Below are positions 13,014 to 27,119 of a stretch of DNA of 64,000 nucleotides, in pieces (positions within the stretch are counted from its first letter, which is position 1; each line of letters starts with the position of its first letter). The translations under genes and the position numbers were made by a program. The DNA is taken from positions 2,728,001 through 2,792,000 of the forward strand of contig OX597825.1 in the NCBI GenBank assembly GCA_951406725.2, given 5' to 3'. Origin of the DNA: Octopus vulgaris. Taxonomy: Eukaryota. Under the pieces are notes generated by a model that saw nothing but the letters and a program-made list of their open reading frames with translations, ran no database searches and was not told the origin of the DNA.

Positions 13014-13068
13014 GCCATTGATAAACTGATGAATGTCCTGAGAAGAGACATGAAACAATTGTAGTGGC
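13014..13068 (+). ncRNA. Type I minimal hammerhead ribozyme with 7-nt insertion before the core
   Basis: gccat[tgataaa]CUGAUGA atgtc-ctgagaaga-gacat GAAA caattg UA gtggc; palindromic stem III caattg; GUA triplet. Confidence 0.7.
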
Positions 13069-13337
13069 GAATATAATTTTATTTAATTTATATTAACATT
13101 TTTTTATGTATTGGATTAAATCTGTCTTTGTTTGATTTGCAAAATAGTGGTTTTGTCTCTAATTAATATTATATAATATTTTACTATAAAATTGGATTCA
13201 ATCCTAAATCTGATTTTCCCTGTAAATTTGGATTTATTCCCTAATATTTATTATATATATATATATATATATATACATAAATATGTGTGCGTGTGTGTGA
13301 AGGAAGTCATATAGAGGAAGTCATATGTATGTGTGTG

Positions 13338-13411
<74 letters not shown>

Positions 13412-14659
13412 TACAGACACACATGTACTCATATATAAGAGCATTATATATACACGCGTATTTGACATTGGTATCAAAGAAGGTGTTTAGTTGTACGTAA
13501 CTTTTCAATTAATTGTAATTTGGTTTTGTTCTTTATTTTGTTTAGAGATCGATTTTTAAGCACTATTGGTTTTTATACCTGAGGAATTATGTACGTCTAC
13601 GCTGGCAGCCAGCGCACCATTTTCACCCCACCCCCATTATAGCCCCATTTTTCTTCAATATCTCTTGATCTTGCCTCCTTCCCCGAGGAGGGATAGTATT
13701 TGCCAGTTTGCGTAGCTCTACTTGTGAGAACTCAAAACATAGTACTTTTAATCAAGTGAAATATGAATATCAATAGATTTCAGATATGATATAATTGGAG
13801 AACATTTTTTGTTGTGACAGCCTTTCTGGAAGTTCTGTTTCATTAACGATTTTAAAATGAATAATGCCAATTATCAATTATATTTGTTCTTCAAAGAGCT
13901 TAGTCACACTAGAGTAAAGAACAGATAATCTAAGCAGTCAATTGGTTAACTGGAAATAAGAGTGAATTCTCTTTTAGTTCACATCCTACATTGTGAAATA
14001 ATGTTGAACATATGGACTAATGCAATGGCTTATATTTTATATAAAAGGAAATATCCTCGCAACAGCAACATCATCATCATTCATAATATTTCCTATTCCT
14101 ATTATCGGCTTCATACGGATCGATATAAAAACCATAATGCTGGGTATTGAACATACAAAAAAAACCCATAGTCCGAGCGAGTCAATAATATTATGAAATG
14201 GTAAAGAAAATAAACATAATCAATAAAGGTGTTTGTTCCCTATTGGTTTAGTTAAAGGAAAAACAGTGATCTTCAATCTATTATAATTATATTCTTCTGT
14301 CTTTCTCCGTCACAACTTATGAACTATCTATGTCCAGTATATGCGTGTGTATGTAATAGGGAGGTTTGTGAACGTGTGTTTGTGTGTTTGTGTGTGTGTG
14401 TATGTGCGTGTGTGTGTGTATCTGTGCAATGGAAATGGGATGGGGAACATTCGACGCTGAAAAGAAAAATCAAGCAGCATTTCAACTCAGTGTGAGTATA
14501 TGTGTGTATATGTGCCTAATTCATTAATATTAAGAAATGTATGTAATAAAGTTTGAATAGTTAGTTATTATAACATCAACTATAAGTCACGGTCTGCTTT
14601 TTGTTGTTTTAAGTCGTATGAGTTTAGGTTGGATTCAGTAATGGAGAGCGCAATTGAAA

Positions 14660-14830
14660 GGATACGTCGCTGCGAAAAAGTTGGTATTTTCTTGCCAGCT
14701 CCTGTATTTAGTCACGGCCAGCTTCATGTGGTCCTTATGTCATACAAGAAGAACGGACAACATAAAAATTCTTTTGAAGGAAACCAGGGTGTTAATTTCG
14801 GATAGATTTTTCACAAAAGCAAATTAGCTT
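14660..14830 (+). mobile_element. Helitron PIF1-like helicase C-terminal relic
   Basis: From 14674 reads EKVGIFLPAPVFSHGQLHVVL, matching the conserved KVG..LP.PVFSHGQLYVALSR motif; frameshifted afterwards (TDNIKILL). Confidence 0.75.
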
Positions 14831-15568
14831 AATAAAATTATTAATCTACAAAAATGGTTTTGTATCTTATTTATATCAAAATACTACAATTAGCCGTCAT
14901 TTTTGACGGCCCGCAACCCTCTAATATTCACATAATTACCCTCAAACTAAAGATTAAATACAGAAGACGCGCTCTAAGCTAAAGCAACTTACAGACATGT
15001 GTTGATAAAATCTGTCAGAGAAAACTGTCCTATCAAAAATGGTGTCAGCCTGATTCACGGTGATTTTTATCTTTTTTTTCTTTTCCAGTCTATGCAACGA
15101 CACGGAAGATACTTCGAACTGAGGATCAGGTGAAATATATTTTCACAAAATGCTACAACGAAAATGTGTGCATAAATGTATTTATGAGTTCGTCATATTC
15201 ATATTTTCATCCAATATTAATATTCACGTTCAGAAAATATTTTCTCCAATTTCTTATGAATCTTGTAAATCTAGACGTAAAACAAAAGTGCCATGAAGCC
15301 CAGTTTTTATTTAAAGGTAACTAATGTGTTTTACCAGGAATTTCAAATACTATGGATACGTTTGTGGTGTTACTATTTACCGATAACGTACTTCTATGTA
15401 TTTCCCCATTTATCAAGTAAACTATTATGCTTGTGTTGTAAATAATATCCGAGATGATTACACAATTTCTCTTATGTCATTCAAAAGCCGATGATCTACA
15501 TAAAACTCGTGTAAACAAATTTGCAGAAGAGTAACATTTTAAAAAATGTTAAACATAAATTTTTATTA

Positions 15569-15710
15569 AGCGCAAAGTGGTTGTGTGGTAAGTAGCTTGC
15601 TTATTATATACTTGGTTCTGTGTTCAGTCCGACTCCGTACCACCTCGGGCCGACCAAATCCTAGTGAGTGGATTTGGTAGACAGAAACTGAAAAGAAGAC
15701 CGTCGTATAC

Positions 15711-15780
<70 letters not shown>

Positions 15781-16008
15781 GTGTGTGTGTATGTATGTAT
15801 GTGTGTGTATATGTTTGTGTGTCTCTGTTTGTCCCTTCTACGTCGCTTGACAACCGATGGTGGAGTGTTTTAGCGGTTCGCCATAAGATACCGATAGAAT
15901 AAGTACTAGTCTTACAAAGAATAAGTCCTGGGGTCGATTTGCTCGACTAAAGGCGGTGCCCCAGCATGGCCACAGTCAAATGACTGAAACAAGTAAAAGT
16001 GTAAAAGA
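15569..16008 (+). mobile_element. tRNA-derived SINE (family C), near full length with internal (TA)n/(TG)n
   Basis: Head gtggttgtgtggtaag...gttcagtcc; gtgagtggatttggtagacagaaactgaaa; tail aaggcggtgccccagcatggccacagtcaaatgactgaaacaagtaaaa. Confidence 0.85.
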
Positions 16009-16999
16009 GCAATAGTGTAGTAGCCTCTAATAAATTGAAACCCAAACGTCGACCAATTGAAATAGTATGACTGTCACAATATTAGTAAAAATGTACGATA
16101 AAATCGATAAAATTCCTCATATTTGTTAACGGAGTGATACTGAACAGCAGCTACTTTCTAGTTTATTAAAAGCTGTACTATAAAGAAACATATTTCAAAA
16201 AATATTGATAATATTAACTTTTAGAAAATCATTAGCAAAATCTCAAACGACAGACCATGCAACGAAGAGGAGGCAAAAATGAGTAAGACAAGATTCTTGA
16301 AACAGCTGCATGTCAAATTATCACTCGTTGGTTGATGATGAATAAAACGCGATCACCACACACACGTCCACGTAACCCTTATACTTTCATTAGCAACCTG
16401 AGCATATGTTTTCAGACACACAGTAAACTACGCTATAATATTCTGTTGTCGGTCATTGCATGTCTGACAGATAAAATGGAAAACATATATCGCTAGTATT
16501 AACGTAAAACACTCTAAATACTTTAAACCTAAATAATTGTATCTTGCAGTAAGTTCATTAATGAAACTGTTAAACAGAACAAAATAATATGAAGGGACAT
16601 GACAAAAAAATAATCACAGACTAAACGTTGTATGGAATCTTTACATAGATAATGAATAAAAACTCTCCTTGCTGTTTATATGTTCATATCTTCTGTTGAC
16701 CATCCGTTTATAAAGTAGTTTATGGACCATTACACTGATAATGCATTTTCCACGCGAGAAATCATTATTATTTCGAGTTCATACACATCATTAAATACGA
16801 CAGATAGTTTGAAAAGATTTCTTCTTTTACCTAAACAGTATAAAAGAATTTCCAATGTGAGTCTAAAGCAAATCTTATTTTAAATTTATCTATTTTCAGA
16901 TGTTTTTTTCTATTCTTTGTAATCCATTAAATGAATCCCACAAAGTAAACGTCTTTACGTCTTTTGTACCTATACACAATACAGCGGATAGATACAAAT

Positions 17000-17003
17000 G
17001 CAC

Positions 17004-17046
<43 letters not shown>

Positions 17047-17128
17047 CATATGTATGTATGTATATATATATATACCTGTATGCGTGTGTGAGTGTGTATG
17101 TATATATGCATATGTATATATAGGTATG

Positions 17129-17173
<45 letters not shown>

Positions 17174-17345
17174 ATAGATACAGATGTATGTTTATATATA
17201 CATATGCATTCACATATATATATTTATATATATATGCATCTCCATATAGAGGCATATATATGTATAAACGTATTTATATATATGTGTCTATGTGTATATA
17301 TGTGTGTATATACATATATATATGCCTACACACACACGTATATGC
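17000..17345. repeat. Degenerate (TA)n/(TG)n tract
   Basis: Direct inspection. Confidence 0.9.
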
Positions 17346-19722
17346 ATCGGTGTGTGAGTAACATGTGCTTATACGTGTGCAATGGCTGTAGAATGCTAGT
17401 ATGCAAGAAGTGAATTTAGACAAATATCCATATGGATTGTTGAGAATATAAAAAAAGAACTGACGATATCAGCGGAGAAATACTACTCGTCAAAGTTATG
17501 AGAAGAAATTTCTCGAACATGAAAATTTTGTAATGATGCCCATTGTATATGTCTGCATTTATAATGCTGTAATGGACACATTTTATTTTGTTGTCAACGA
17601 ATATAGATTTCCCCATATCGTTTATACTCTTTTTTCGACTAATGTACGCTTTGCTTTATACACAAACGCATAAACTCATAAGTATATGTGTTGGCGTGTG
17701 TATGTGCAATTACTTCTTTGTTGTATATGGACGACCAAGTTTGTATAAATGTCTACATATTTCATATATACTTGTAGAAATTCCATACATGCATTCAAAT
17801 CTCTCTCACTGTCTATCTATCTATCTACCTATCTATCTAACAATCTATCTGTTTGTATGCCTGTCTCTCTCTGCCTATTTCTCTCTCTCTCTCACAATAT
17901 ATATGTATATATATCATGCAAACATCTATACGACGCAATATAAAACGGGAAAAGTGTTTAAATAAAATGTTACTAGTTGTGGCTGAGGGCCCAACATACA
18001 TATATACAGATCAATATATGCTTAGTGGTAATTGTGCATATGGAAATAAGGAAATATATAAATGAATTTCTCCTGTCACGACTCGATCAAATGATTAGAC
18101 ACTCGTTATATACGTGTTTACTCAGTCTTCAATATTCTAAAGTATATCAACAGGCATTAAACCCGCTGAGAATGAATTTTGTGTTTCTAGTACGATATGT
18201 GTGAGATTGTGCATCTTTATGCTTATATTCAATACCGATTTACGAAAGAAACATTTTTTTATTTGTAACTTTTCATCATTCAGTCGGCCTTTCCTTGTAT
18301 GGAAGAACCTGAAGATTATAAAACAATGATATGTATTTTCCAAAGACATTTACTCCCTATATGCCCGATTCTGATTCCTTATATACGTTTTAAGTAATTG
18401 TAAAAGATAACTTTAATTTTTATTACACCTGATGTGTGATGATAATGCTAAATTTGCAAGGCATTTGTCTAAGTCAGTAACCCTGAGTGAGGAGATGAAT
18501 ACAAATGTGAATGCGATTGCATTAAACAATGTGGGTGTAATACAATTCGTAAAGATAATAGAATAGCCCTACAGACAATGGAAGAGATATCTCACTTTGG
18601 CTTCTCTTTATGGGGCTCATGCAGAATAAGGCCTATTAGGTCAAACCAATCATGGTATTTTAGACACACAACGTTTGCACTGAATCACATGTATACGTTG
18701 GAAAGATCTGTCCAAGGGTAAACATTAGCCACTTCTCCACTGGGTCATGCAGTGATTATAGAAAGAATGTGATGCCCAATGCACACACACGCACAGACAT
18801 AACTTATATATCTTTTGCGATGTGATCGTTTTCTGTCAGGATATGTCAAAAGAGAATCGTTGCACCGTTCTTTCTAAACACTGTGAAACTTGAAATATTA
18901 GAAGAAATGTTACATGGATATGCGAAGTGATCAGTCACCTTCTCCATTATAAACCACGGAACATTACTAACAAAAAAAGAAAGCAGAAAACAATCATCTC
19001 TAATTTAGAAATCTATTTTAATCTATTAAATTGTAACAAAAGATAGCAGAAACGTTGCATGTGAAACTGCAACTTTTCTTTCAAATTTGTCACTGAAATG
19101 AATTCTAAATATTGTAACAATTTAATTTAATTGGTTTATCGACTCTGTATATGACACAAAGTGAGATGATAGATGCCGTTAATCTCGGCAAAATAATAGA
19201 ACTTATTTGAATTCCAAACAAGAAAGGCTAGATAAGATTTTATCAATATGTTTTCTATTTTCATTCTAAATATTTGATTCGTGATTAACATTTGCTAAAA
19301 ACAACATTTTCAAAACTCTAAATAGCATTCCGTCAGGTATGTAGTAATAGCCACCATCCGAACATGTATTGATTCGAGACCAGTATATAGTCGATTGATA
19401 TGTTAAATATTACAGCTAAAAGGTATTAAGATTTTTAGATCGAATATACTGGCGGACACACATCGTAATTTGATACATAGTTGACCAAAAGTGTGGTTGA
19501 GCCGTGATAATGTGAGACAAAAGGATACCAGGATACGACATGATCTTCCGAGAGCAGAATTTAATTTGTTAACAGTTGACTCCACCAAGACTAGAATATT
19601 ATAGATACGAGTGATAAATTAGAGCTAGAGTCAGGAGTAAGATGAAGAGGATTAACTTCGGTAGAAACGTCCAGAGTGAGGAGGACTGATCGCTGCATAA
19701 ACGAAATACAAGCACATACCAA

Positions 19723-19789
<67 letters not shown>

Positions 19790-21819
19790 AATAATACGGA
19801 TTCCAACGGTAAATACCACTGTCAGATATGGGAGAACGTACAATATCCTGTAATTCCATTTTTATTCTTTTAATATTAGTGCTCGGTCATATGTCTTTAA
19901 CAAATTATATGGACAATTTGATAAAACTCATTATATTGAAAGATTTATGCGCTGCATGTTCTGCTTCCAAAGTTTTATATATTTGTTCTGTATCATAAAA
20001 CAGTTGCACAATTCGATAGTTTTAGTATAGCATATTGATATGTACTTTTATTTGAAAATTATCTTTTCAGTTTATAAAATAACAACAGGTTTATTTCTAT
20101 AGCTTTATACAAAACATTGGTAAAACCATGGAATTCTTGTATAAATTCACTGATTTCTTGTAACATTCGTTTCTCTAAACTGTATGCTTTGTCTTCACTC
20201 AGAAAGTATTTGCACAATATTTTGGTGAATTACAAAACAAAATACAAACCAGTCTAAGTGTAAATTCATTTATCATATTTTTCTAATTTCAATTATATTG
20301 ATTAATTTTAAATTATGGAATATCTTTACACTTCATATGTTTATTGATGTTTCTGTATTTAAATATATAAATATTTCTAAAGTAAAGTAATGCAAATAGA
20401 ATTGAAAAATTCTTCCTGAAAATAGTTTCATTGTTCAATTTAATATTGTAGCGAGTTGTCAGTTCTGTAGAAACATTTTGTAGTAGAAGCAGCAACGAAA
20501 CTACATTGCGGAGTTGGTAGAAATAACGAGTGCAGAACAAATAGCTGATTGGAATTTCAACACTTATTATTCAGAAAATATATATTTACATAAATGCGTG
20601 TGCAATGCTTTGTGTGGATGCATTTGAGTGCACACGCATGTTGTATTTTTCCTGCTAAGCCAATGCAGCTAGAATCCAACGCAAAGCTTCAAATAGCCAC
20701 AATGTGGAAACACATGTGTTTATCATGATTTCTCCTATATATGCTTTGTATATCATAGCTATTAATACCAGTAATTAGAGTAGTACCCAAGCCAGTTGTA
20801 GCACATTGGAAATCAATATATTACGTGTCAGGTTTCATCAAAATCGATAAAACAAAGTAGGAGGAGTTAGCTAACAACTCCACAAACACACCCACAGACA
20901 GAATTGCCCATTTAGGTAGTAGATATTTCTGCTGATGATTATTATTGTCCGTTCAAAGCTGACTCAGGTCGAAGCTGTCTGCCATCTTTACTTTTACTTG
21001 TTTCACTCAATGCACAAGATATATTATATGTGTGTGTGAATGTATGTACATGAGTGTGTTGTGTGTGTGCTGTGTATGTGTTTGTGTGTTTATTTGGTTC
21101 AGGTGGCGAGAGTTATCCACAATATGGAAGAAGTTAATCCATTTATGCTATTTATTGAAGGAGAGAAAAGAAACGATCTAAAATAAATTTAGTTATGTCA
21201 TTCGAAACGTAAGTTTGATTCTGCCGTCGGGAAGAATTACTTGCGTGAGACGGAGTTCGTGGAAATGGAGGTCATTGAATATTTTCCTACGCCACCACGT
21301 TCTAAGAAAGCAATAACACGTGATACGCGCACACATACGCACAGTATGTTTGGTAGGTCTTGAATGTTTACAGACCGATGAAAGAGGAGACATATATGTA
21401 CCCATCCAACAAACGACTTCTCTCATCGATACCAGGGTTGTTTTAGTTACGAAACATGACACATGAGTAGACCTCATACGTGGAAGCCACATGGCATACT
21501 CAGATTGTTGAAAAATTCGAGAATAGGGCTCCTGGAAGGGCTCCTTAAATATCTTATTTCATTTTATCAGTCAAGGTGTATAACCCGTTCGACCAGATTT
21601 TAACAGGCAAGAGAAATACCCATTCATTTTCCTAAATAATTTGGCATATATTAAATTTAGTATGCTTATTTCTTAGTGTCTGAACTGTTAGAGTTATTTT
21701 TGCAATTTATCCAGTACAACCCTTAAACAACTAAATAGTATTTTCCTAAACAATAGATCCATTTATTTCAGTTAGTGACTTACTCACGAATATACCAACA
21801 CTAGCACCGCTGAGGGTAA

Positions 21820-22093
21820 TATTCTCTGGGAACGCACAAAAAACATTTTCAGAGTTATTCACTTTGAATTGTTATTATCTCATATCTGATTAGCATTTCA
21901 TTACGTAACATGCTTCACGAATTTAGCATACATACCTTATTAATATTTCCTCTTAAGTTCTATATGCTCTGGAAACGCATTAAAGCCTTTTTCGGGGCTA
22001 CTTTATTTGAATTCTTACTATCACGTAACTAATTTCATGTTATTACATAACTGATTTCACAATCTGGGCATTCATAACATATTGAGAATTCCT
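21820..22093 (+). repeat. Old tandem dimer, ~143-bp period
   Basis: ctctgggaacgca (21824) and ctctggaaacgca (21967) are followed by collinear blocks tttgaatt..tta.tatc, attac.taac, gcat.cata, ttcct. Confidence 0.75.
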
Positions 22094-22586
22094 AAGAACA
22101 ATATCCTGTACATGGCAGTTTTGTATTCCCTGTAAATACACAAAAACCGTTTTAAGGGCTACATACTTTGTATTGTTGATATTGGATTAGTTAAAATAAT
22201 GGGGACAGAAGCAAAGGATAAGCCTCGCTTTCCTGCGAATTACGAAAAATATGATGTAACAGCTTGTTACTTCATATCTTGTCCGAATCATTTTAAAATC
22301 TGTTATGCTCGTGTATCTGTGTTTTTACGCATGTGTTTATACAAATGTATGTGTGCATGTGAACGTGAGTGCGTGAGTATGTCTCTGTCTAGTGTATGCA
22401 CATGTATATATATATATGTGTGTGTGTGTATGTATATATATGTAACAATGCTAACTTAGAATCATACATACATGCATCTACCCATGTGTCTCTCTCTATG
22501 TATGTGTGAGTATTTATGTGTGTCTATGAATGTATGCATGGATTCATAGATAGTTACATGCACACAAGCGCACGCGCTTACACACA

Positions 22587-22652
<66 letters not shown>

Positions 22653-23643
22653 AAACTATAGTTGTCTTCCATTTACTTAGAATAACATATAAATTGCAGA
22701 ACATAAATCGCAAGAACACTTGTGATGGCGATAACACTTTAAACATGAAACAAATAACCCTCATCCATATATTTGTAGAGACTTGTAAAATGTTTTTCGA
22801 TTTAAAATTTTTTACAAGATATATCTGAAGATTGTATTCGCAAATACATTAAAATTTTCTGCAGAAACTATTTGTATTTGAAATGAGTAAATACCATGAA
22901 TTAGTAAATCTAAATAGATGTGTTCTTCCCTCAACAACTCCACCACTGCCGATACCACTAAAACAGTTCTCCTAATATCTCCACTCTCACAGTTTAAAAC
23001 TCTATCACCGTCAACGCCTTGCCATCTTAACCATCATATCCACAATCAATTATTAGTTTTCTCATTTCTTCAGTATAAGAATCAACATCATTTTCATTTA
23101 TTGCCTGTGATATATGCGTGCGCGAGCGCGTGTTTAATTTTTCATTTTGCATATTTATTCCTCAAACAACAGCAGATAATTTAAATAAAAATAACAAATA
23201 ATAAAATCATAGAATATCGGTAATTGTTCTCGTCTGGGATCCCGAAAACCAGGAGATCTAACATCATTACATCTCCATCCAAGTCACTGCATCTTCCTTC
23301 TCTAAAGTTACTTATTGGTATTCGTGAAAATCAAAATATTTATTCGTTAATTATGTGAAGACCATACAAATTAAGTATTCACCTGTTCGCACTACCACCA
23401 ATAATTGCCTTCATTATCCAAATAAATTCAGATCCAGCATCAGACATTTCGTGTTTGGTTTTAACATTTCACATTCAACCGTGGCAGAATTGAGTCTAAA
23501 CGAATCTACCGCTAGGCAAGATACAGTAAATCTTGGCACTAAGTTATATAATGCCGTAACAATTAACCTAACGCCATTTGTAAAACAATATGCATTCCGA
23601 TAATACACCCCTCAGGGATAGTAATTTAAGCTGTCGACTTGAG

Positions 23644-23850
23644 AATAATCTTTTCTACTATAGGCTCGAGGACTGAAAATTTTGGGTGAGGGCTATAGGA
23701 TTACATCGGCACCCCGCCCTTTAACTGGTACTGTTTTTCACCAACCCCGAAAAGATGAAAGCAAACTTGACGGTATTTGAACTCAGAACATAGAGCCAGA
23801 AGAAATGCCGGTAAAAGGTTTATCCCGTTTTTCACAGATTCAACCACCTC
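23644..23850 (-). mobile_element. SINE family B (Nin-like core), diverged
   Basis: accccgaaaagatgaaagcaaac...atttgaactcagaac matches other copies. Confidence 0.7.
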
Positions 23851-24658
23851 TTTGCTTATTGATTTCAAAATCAAGGAACGCAATAAAGTGACCATCATTG
23901 AACTTAGGTCATGAAGTGTCAGAAAAAGCTCAATATAGCCTTTTGGTTGATACTTTGAACACTTCTTGTGGCAGATGTGTCCGTGTAATTGTATTGAATA
24001 AGAACCAAATAAGAGAGGCAAATACAAAATATTTACTTACAAATAATCTTTATGCAGGCGATATCTATAGTCTTATATAGAACTACCCGGAAAACCACAT
24101 TCCGTGCGGATTTTTAGCTAACTCCTGTTGAGGGATAATTGGACTTGTAGCTCAAAGCTATTGGGAACGATAATATTAAAGCATTTATTGGAACACTGCC
24201 GATATGTATTACTTTAAATTCAGTTTAAATGAAAAACTTGAATGTTCACAAAATTGAGGAATTTTTAAAAAAATTGTATTTTCAATGTTAGCAATAACAA
24301 AACTCATCCAGACCTGATCCCAATGCTGGATGTTCAAGACCCAAACGAAGAGCTGATTTTCAATCCGGGTATCTTCCTGATTCCTAAAACAATATACGTC
24401 TGTGTAGAACAAATATAACTTGAGTTACTGGGATCACGGACGAACAGACAGGATGTCTGGTTTATAATAGATATAGTACATTTTCGATGGTATTACATGA
24501 ATTGTTGATAATGTTTTATAGAGTTCATAGATAGCTGAGGTGAATAATTAATTATCATGTGTATAGTTTATTTCGATAAACTAATGTAGAAATAATTGTT
24601 TTCGATAATTGAACAAGCTTAGAGAAATTCCCCTTACGGTGTTCTTGCACTTTACGCA

Positions 24659-24838
<180 letters not shown>

Positions 24839-26009
24839 GTGTGTCTGGGTGTATGCGTGTGCGAGTGTCTGTGTTTGTGAGTGTCCGTATGTATGCATAT
24901 GTAGCTGTGTATGTTGGAATATTAAACATTTCAGCACTGGTACATACAGAGGGTGATCGTATACACAAAATATTCACGCACTCATACACGCATACAACCA
25001 AACACACCAATGCAAATATAAAATACATTCCAGTATGAACGACATTATTAAGTGTGGAACTGGCCGAATCGCAAGCAAACCGGACATAATGCTAAACGGC
25101 ATTTTTTCGTCTTTATGTTCTTATTTTAAATTCCACCGGGGTCAAATTTCCTTTTCTCATCTACATTTTCTTGACTTTAAGATTTCCTGCCGTTCGTTCG
25201 TAGCATTCAACCACCTGATGTAAGCTTTCACCAAATCTTCCATAATTCCATTCACCTCCTATGGAAGTTCTTTCATAAGTCATCTGACACCTTTAGAGCG
25301 TTGGCATCCCTCTAATGCACCATCTGTTTGTAGCAGCACAGATTTCTCTCTTCTATTTAAATAAATTATTTGCGCTCCACCGCTCAGGTTTGCATCTATG
25401 CATCCAGAATCACATATTGAACCCATGTATTTCTATATTACCTATCTTTGCATTCAAGGACTATATTTGGCAATAGTTCAATATTAGCCTTTTTACATAT
25501 GCACAAAAACATTTTTCATGAAATGGAAAACGGATTTGCCTGCATTCGTATACATATTTTCCAATTCCATGTATTGATTCCATTACACTGGCTACACTGT
25601 CTTAGGAAAACGTACATCACGGTCCCTTATACCCTTTATATAAGAAAAAACTAAGGATTTTTCAATCATGCCGGCATTTTGACGAAAGCATATTATAGCT
25701 GTTTTTCTTTGTACTTTCACCTGTTCATCTGCTCTAAAGCCCTATTCTGTGTTATACACAACTATTTATCTGATATACACTGTAATTTACCTTACATCGT
25801 ATAATATTCATATCTGCATGTTTACTGCATAAAATGATGGTCATTTACTAGATGGTTTTATACCTTTATATTTCTTCCTAATCCTTCTTATAGAATACAA
25901 ATACTGTCGTTACTAGATTTCCCATTAGCCGTATTGATTTTTAGGTCCATCAATGAGTTTCTTTGTCCAGTGAGCCTTGAAGTCTGGTATGCTCCGAACA
26001 TTGATAATT

Positions 26010-26547
26010 ACACTGAACGGTTTACAAATAGTATCTCTGTAATGGTGTGGGGAACTGTCACTAGCAATGTCTGTTCTGAGCTGATCGAATGTTGGAACCA
26101 TAAACTCTGAAAAATACATCGAAATACTTAAGTAAGGACTACTTCCGAGGTATCCACACGCACGATAACATAAAGAAACTAAAAGGATTCAATAATGGCT
26201 AGCTGAAAATGGGATCCAAAAGCTTCCTTGGGCGAGCCAATCTCCTGATATGAACCCAACTGTAAATCTTTGGAACATACTAGATAAAGCTATCCGAAAA
26301 ACTCGACAGAAACCTAAATCTAAATCGGTGTGTGAAAAGTGGGCAGAAATTCTACAAGAGACAATCACAAAGCTCATCAGACCAATGCCCAAAAGAGTTT
26401 ATGAATTAAAAACTGCAAAGGTAATGTCAACTAAATACTAAAGTATGTAGTGCTACCTATCGATTACATTTCAATTGTTTGCTTTGCGTATTAAATAAAT
26501 GATTTTGAAAATTAAAGGTGTCCATTTACTTCCTGCATGTCTGTGTA
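26010..26547 (+). mobile_element. Tc1-family transposase 3' relic
   Basis: SVMVWG, GTINSEKYIEIL, LPWASQSPDMNPTVNLW (WP.QSPDLNPIENLW), PMPKRV...STKY stop at 26441; disrupted frames. Confidence 0.85.
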
Positions 26548-26902
26548 TACATAATGTAAGTGCATGTTTTATGTTCAGTTATAATATAAAGAATTTTGCT
26601 TTAATCTTATTGGTTACTCCATACTTTTGTAGAGTACAAATTATATTCTGAAATACGATTGTTGTTGACACTGATACTTGGAAGTTTCGACCTGTCATGC
26701 AGTAAATTGATGTTAGTTTCCGCTGAATTATACCTAAGAAATGCACATACTCACTTGTTTACCAAGTCATATATTCATGAATAAAATCTCCAGATCAATC
26801 CAGTCTAAAAAGCTGAATACCATTACACTCAGAACTACACGATCAATGAAGATTTTTAATGAGGACAAAGACTAAATATTATATATCGCGACAGTGGCTT
26901 AA

Positions 26903-27119
26903 CCCATTCGTGCCGAAGTTTTTCTTGTGGCTGAAAATTCACAGATACGATTATTTTAACCTAAATAACAACTGAAAAAATATCATTGAAATCCATTTGC
27001 TACAGATTGCATACGTGTTAAGAACATGTTTTATTCTTTGATATATACTTGATTGTATCAAGTATTTGTTTTATACCCTTAAAAATTGTCAGTTTAAACG
27101 AACGAACAGCATGAATGAG
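26903..27119. mobile_element. piggyBac-like MITE
   Basis: TTAA|cccattcgtgccg ... cagcatgaatgag|TTAA: imperfect 13-bp TIRs with TTAA on both sides. Confidence 0.5.

Larger units (their letters stand above)
12563..13250 (+). mobile_element. Fold-back element 2 (~200-bp inverted arms + tail) with hammerheads; Penelope-like pLTR/retrozyme-like
   Basis: Arms 12563-12763 and 12771-12972, 7-nt loop ttgtcgt; hammerhead motifs inside; flanked by (TA)n. Confidence 0.85.
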
